The notes under the pieces: model-generated | Databases searched by the model: none | What the model was told of the DNA's origin: nothing | What the model saw: the letters and a program-made list of their open reading frames with translations, nothing else | Assembly: GCA_965206745.1 (NCBI GenBank) | Contig: OZ242220.1 | Span: 736,001-800,000, forward strand | Source: Nitrosopumilus sp. | Lineage (GTDB): Archaea > Thermoproteota > Nitrososphaeria > Nitrososphaerales > Nitrosopumilaceae | DNA: 64,000 bases | Direction: 5' to 3' | Shown here: positions 59,984-64,000 of the stretch, piece after piece | Numbering within the stretch: position 1 is the first letter of the stretch | How the letters are laid out: each line of letters begins with the position of its first letter | Made by a program: the position numbers and the translations under genes

Positions 59984-60469
59984 GTTGGATTGATCACTTT
60001 ATTTCAATTATAATCTTCGCGTTACTGATCATCGGGACGAATAATTCCTTTGTGGCTTATATGTCTGATTTTCAAATGTCTGGTTTGATTAGAATTGCCT
60101 GGCAAGTATTACAGAAACTGATAATAAATTGTCAGATAATGCCAAACATTTTTCCTGTTTAAAACTTGATGGAATGATTCGCAGTAAATAATCAGCAATC
60201 ACCTCGTGCAATTTCATCGAGTCTGTTTGCTTTATCAGATCTACCATCCATCATACTAAAAATTAAACCTGGCAATTATTTTGCAGTAATTACTATTGGC
60301 CTATTTTGCAAAAGATATTCATCATATTACCCGTATGAGATCTGCAATTTAAAATAGCCATAAAGATATTTTCAACAAATGCCGATTCACGCTTGATCAA
60401 AAGGCATGGATTTTCTCATACTATCATACATGCTCAAGTTTTAAGTACTACGAGCATCGATTTGAATTC

Positions 60470-63424
60470 ATGACTCGAATTCCACTCGTATTGGGACTGT
60501 TTGTTCTACTTCTGATGCCTGTGTATGCATCGGCACAAACTCCAGACAGAATCACGATCATCGATAATTTTGGAGATTACGACCGTGGAGAATCCTTGTT
60601 TGTCTATGGACAAATCGCAAGTCTGTCGGATGGTTCCTATCTAATAATGCAAATTTTTAATCCTCAGGGAGATTTATGTCAAATTCAACAATTAACACCA
60701 TTGCCTAATGGTGACTTTATCACTGACTTTATCCCTCTACAGGGAAGAATTTGCGGTGTTTCTGGAGAATATGAAGTAAAGTTATTTTATGGCGACTATA
60801 CAAAATCTACCAAATTTAATGTCTCTGCTGATTCATTCTCCCAAGTATCTGAGAATGTCATGCTCGCTACAGCCCAAAATCTGCTATCTTCACAAGGCAC
60901 TGTGGTGGGAAAATTATTTGACATACCCTCCCCAATCTCAAATCAAACCTCCTCTGATCTGTCTCAACTCAAATCTGACTATGTTCGTTTATGGAGTGAA
61001 TTCTTTTCTGATGATTTGATATTTGAAATTGATCCTTTGATTAGACCTGCAGTGTCCTCATCATTAAAATCAGTCCAAAAATTATTGAATGACGATGAAA
61101 TCTCTTTTGAAGTAGGAAAATCCATCGATGAGAAGATTTACACTGCAATATTTTATTACGAAATTGGAGATAAAACAAAAGGAATCGATTTGTTGGCAGA
61201 TGCATTTGTAGATGTAAAAAATGTAAATCCTGAAAAAATAACCAAGAGAACTCCCACTTTTGATGAATTAGAGGCCACACTTTTGAATTTAATGACAAAG
61301 TCTAACACTGTTATGAGCAAGTCCGTAAAAAGTGAAATCGCATTTATTTTTGCCAGGGGGACTGCTCCTGTATATTCTGATGAAATCACCGAACTTGTTG
61401 AAATTCTCACTAAATCCAGGTATCTTGATGCCGTCGCTCGAAAACAAAATGACCTATATCGATTAATTCAAAATAATTGGGACTCTGTCAAATTATCCTT
61501 GATGGGCAAGGACACTCTAAATGAATTGCTTGCCTCATCTACGCGGGTTGGAGAATTACATCAGGCTGCCCTACTCTTAAGAGAACTTGACCATGTAGGC
61601 CGATTCATCTCATCTGATCCTGAAGAGAACGGTGTTCTTGCAAATCTGATTGAGCCTGATTGGGACTCGTTGGCGCGTGACTTGGCATTGGCTACCTCAA
61701 TCCGTAATATTTTGGAATCCGAATCCAAAATCCACCAAATGGCTCAAATCATAGAAATCTCATCTAGGATTAGCAAAATCGTTGAAATTTCCCAGAACCG
61801 CGATGTCGACTCTGGACTAATCGATGATTGGAATCTGCTCCTGGAGCGAGTTGAAAATGCTGACTCTGTTGACAATCTCTTACAAATAATCTCCGAATTT
61901 GATCAAACTATAACTGAACTTAGGGAGAAAAGAGATCCTTTGTCTGTTTTAGAATATCAATACAAAACGATGAAACAGAAAGCAGAGATTCAAGCTGATT
62001 ATGAAAACCTTGTCCTCATTGACAATGCACTGAAAATTTTAGATACTGCCAAACAAATGGAATCTGGCAACCCGTCAATTACAAGAATTGATCGAATCGA
62101 AGTTTTACTGAGTTGGGCTAGTACTGTTGCCCCTAAAATCCAAAATGACTTGGATTCATACAATAAGGACGCATACAAAATTCGAGCAAGTGATATTTTA
62201 GAGCGTGCAAAATCCCTTGAAAACCTGGTAGATCTGAGCTTAACCAAAAACCGATTCCTTCCAAAGTATGTTGAATTCACTGAAACATTCAATGAAAGAA
62301 TCGACATGGTGCGCGACCTTGTTATCACAAATGATCTTGATCAAGCCAATGTGCTAGTCCGCGATCTATTTGATGAATGGCGTTTGATCACCCAAGCATA
62401 CTCTGATGATCCTTTCGGCTCTGATAATGGCTACAGTCTGGATGAACTCAAGCGTATTGACTTTCGTAAGAAATTAGACGCTTTTTCAAACATGGTGTCG
62501 AATTTCCACAATGCAGGGTTTTCTGACTATGTAGATGAATATAATCAAAAAGTGGCTGACACTGAGAGATTCATTGATTTGGGGAACTTTGTTGATGTTG
62601 AATCCAATATTCTAGAAATTGGCAACTATCTTAGTGAACATCTAGTGCTACATGATGATCGTATAATTTATGACATTTCATTTGATGCTGAAAAAAATAT
62701 CTGGGTGATTACAGGCGCAACTGACAAATCTGTTTTTGATAGGCGTGAAAACCTGTATGTTACCGTCTTTAACATGGATGGAACCACTCATAGCGCCCTT
62801 GAGTTTACAGATACAAAGCAGGGTAACTTCTTCACCCAATGGGTGGCTCCTGCTGATCCTGGCCTGTATGTGGTAATGTTACAGTATCAGAATTCTAAGG
62901 CATCCCAGATTGTGTATATCGAAGACGAATTTGATTACAAATACAATGATGTGGACTTGAATATGATTGAACTAGCACGTGACTTTGGTGAGTTGGAAAC
63001 ATTTGCAGAAAAGTTTGGCGGTGACGTATTTACTGAAAACACTCGATTTGCATCTGTGATAAATGAGATTGAATCTTCAATCCGGGACAAAAATAAAAAA
63101 ACTGTCAATGACAATCTAAATGAATTAAAACTTCTCATTGAAAGATATCTTCCTGTGCGATCTCGCGTTGCAGTAGTTGAGGCAATTCATGATGATGACA
63201 AGTTAATTGTGTCTGGCGCAGTACAAAAGTTCCTTGCCTTCAGAGAAGACTTGTTCGTTGATGTGTATAATCAAAAAGGCACTTTGATTGAAGCGATTGC
63301 ATTAAAGGACAACTCTTCTGGATTGTTCACTGAAACCATTCAGCGTCAGTTCGAACCAGGCGTATATGTTGCCCAATTGCAATACCATGATGTGATAGTA
63401 ACTGACTTTTTTAATGTGAAATAA
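60470..63424 (+). CDS. Large secreted hypothetical protein (Ig-like ends, long helical core)
   Basis: Signal peptide; Y..GE...VYG beta domain; acidic helical middle; C-terminal PG.YV..LQY domains. Confidence 0.8.
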   Translation: MTRIPLVLGLFVLLLMPVYASAQTPDRITIIDNFGDYDRGESLFVYGQIASLSDGSYLIMQIFNPQGDLCQIQQLTPLPNGDFITDFIPLQGRICGVSGEYEVKLFYGDYTKSTKFNVSADSFSQVSENVMLATAQNLLSSQGTVVGKLFDIPSPISNQTSSDLSQLKSDYVRLWSEFFSDDLIFEIDPLIRPAVSSSLKSVQKLLNDDEISFEVGKSIDEKIYTAIFYYEIGDKTKGIDLLADAFVDVKNVNPEKITKRTPTFDELEATLLNLMTKSNTVMSKSVKSEIAFIFARGTAPVYSDEITELVEILTKSRYLDAVARKQNDLYRLIQNNWDSVKLSLMGKDTLNELLASSTRVGELHQAALLLRELDHVGRFISSDPEENGVLANLIEPDWDSLARDLALATSIRNILESESKIHQMAQIIEISSRISKIVEISQNRDVDSGLIDDWNLLLERVENADSVDNLLQIISEFDQTITELREKRDPLSVLEYQYKTMKQKAEIQADYENLVLIDNALKILDTAKQMESGNPSITRIDRIEVLLSWASTVAPKIQNDLDSYNKDAYKIRASDILERAKSLENLVDLSLTKNRFLPKYVEFTETFNERIDMVRDLVITNDLDQANVLVRDLFDEWRLITQAYSDDPFGSDNGYSLDELKRIDFRKKLDAFSNMVSNFHNAGFSDYVDEYNQKVADTERFIDLGNFVDVESNILEIGNYLSEHLVLHDDRIIYDISFDAEKNIWVITGATDKSVFDRRENLYVTVFNMDGTTHSALEFTDTKQGNFFTQWVAPADPGLYVVMLQYQNSKASQIVYIEDEFDYKYNDVDLNMIELARDFGELETFAEKFGGDVFTENTRFASVINEIESSIRDKNKKTVNDNLNELKLLIERYLPVRSRVAVVEAIHDDDKLIVSGAVQKFLAFREDLFVDVYNQKGTLIEAIALKDNSSGLFTETIQRQFEPGVYVAQLQYHDVIVTDFFNVK

Positions 63425-64000
63425 CTATTTTTTGCCCTTTACCAAGTTGAAGAGTTGTCTAACTGCAAGTTTTGGATGATGAGTTGCCAGTTTGATCATG
63501 TTGGTTAATCCGAAATCTGCCTTGATAAAGTCAATGAACTCTTCTGGTCTTAATTCTTTGATGATGTCTAATTCCCTGTCCCATTCTTCATCTGTAAGTC
63601 CAATCCATCTGCTCTGAACTTTGCCTGCCGAATTAATTTTGGATTCGATCTCCCCTCTCCAATTTTTTTCATAAGGGTATAGAGATTCTTTGTCTGTATT
63701 GCCTGATTTTATTGCGTCTGAGGCCACGCTTCCTGCGACCCTTCCGAATTTTATGGCGTATCTTATTCCTTCCAATACTAGCGGATTTGCCTGTCCTGCA
63801 GAGTCTCCGACTAGTATCAAATTGTTAAAAACTGTGCTCCTGGATAATCCGTCATTTGGAATTAACCCGTAATGAAATTCTATCTCCGTTAGGTTTCCTA
63901 GTTTTTTTATCGGCCCTATCTTTTTCTCCATTATCTCTTTGAGTCTCTGTGTCGGGTCTATGTTGGACTCTGGCTTGCCTATTCCTACCCCGATTCTAAC
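63425..64000 (-). CDS. Geranylgeranyl reductase-family FAD oxidoreductase (partial, 5' end outside window)
   Basis: VRIGVG, LVGDSAGQANPL..EGIRYA; frame open to the window edge. Confidence 0.85.
   Translation of the reverse strand, partial: VRIGVGIGKPESNIDPTQRLKEIMEKKIGPIKKLGNLTEIEFHYGLIPNDGLSRSTVFNNLILVGDSAGQANPLVLEGIRYAIKFGRVAGSVASDAIKSGNTDKESLYPYEKNWRGEIESKINSAGKVQSRWIGLTDEEWDRELDIIKELRPEEFIDFIKADFGLTNMIKLATHHPKLAVRQLFNLVKGKK

Overview
Archaeal chromosomal segment. Gene content (class I LysRS, Elp3, TBP, TFB, Sec61beta, Tsr3, cofG/H/C/D, archaeal RNase P RNA) and protein sequences point to an ammonia-oxidising thaumarchaeote of the Nitrosopumilaceae; this assignment is from recognition, not a database search. 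The housekeeping backbone is interrupted between tbp (ends ~20.5 kb) and DUF1512/map (~39.1 kb) by a ~18 kb accessory block. That block holds divergent ureEFGD/ureABC urease genes, a DUR3-type urea transporter coupled to a double-zinc-ribbon membrane protein, a 1520-aa repeat-rich surface protein and a complete Liv-type ABC transporter. Elements absent from the ORF track that I read directly from the sequence: tRNA-Pro(TGG) followed 40 nt later by a C/D-box guide sRNA, RNase P RNA, Sec61beta, several microproteins, a 79-nt cloverleaf-like structured element at 19150-19228, and a palindromic operator at the start of a wHTH gene. Also notable are a Lys/Arg-rich histone-H1-like protein built from 45-bp tandem repeats and a membrane protein with a metallothionein-like tail. 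No CRISPR array, integrase or transposase was seen.
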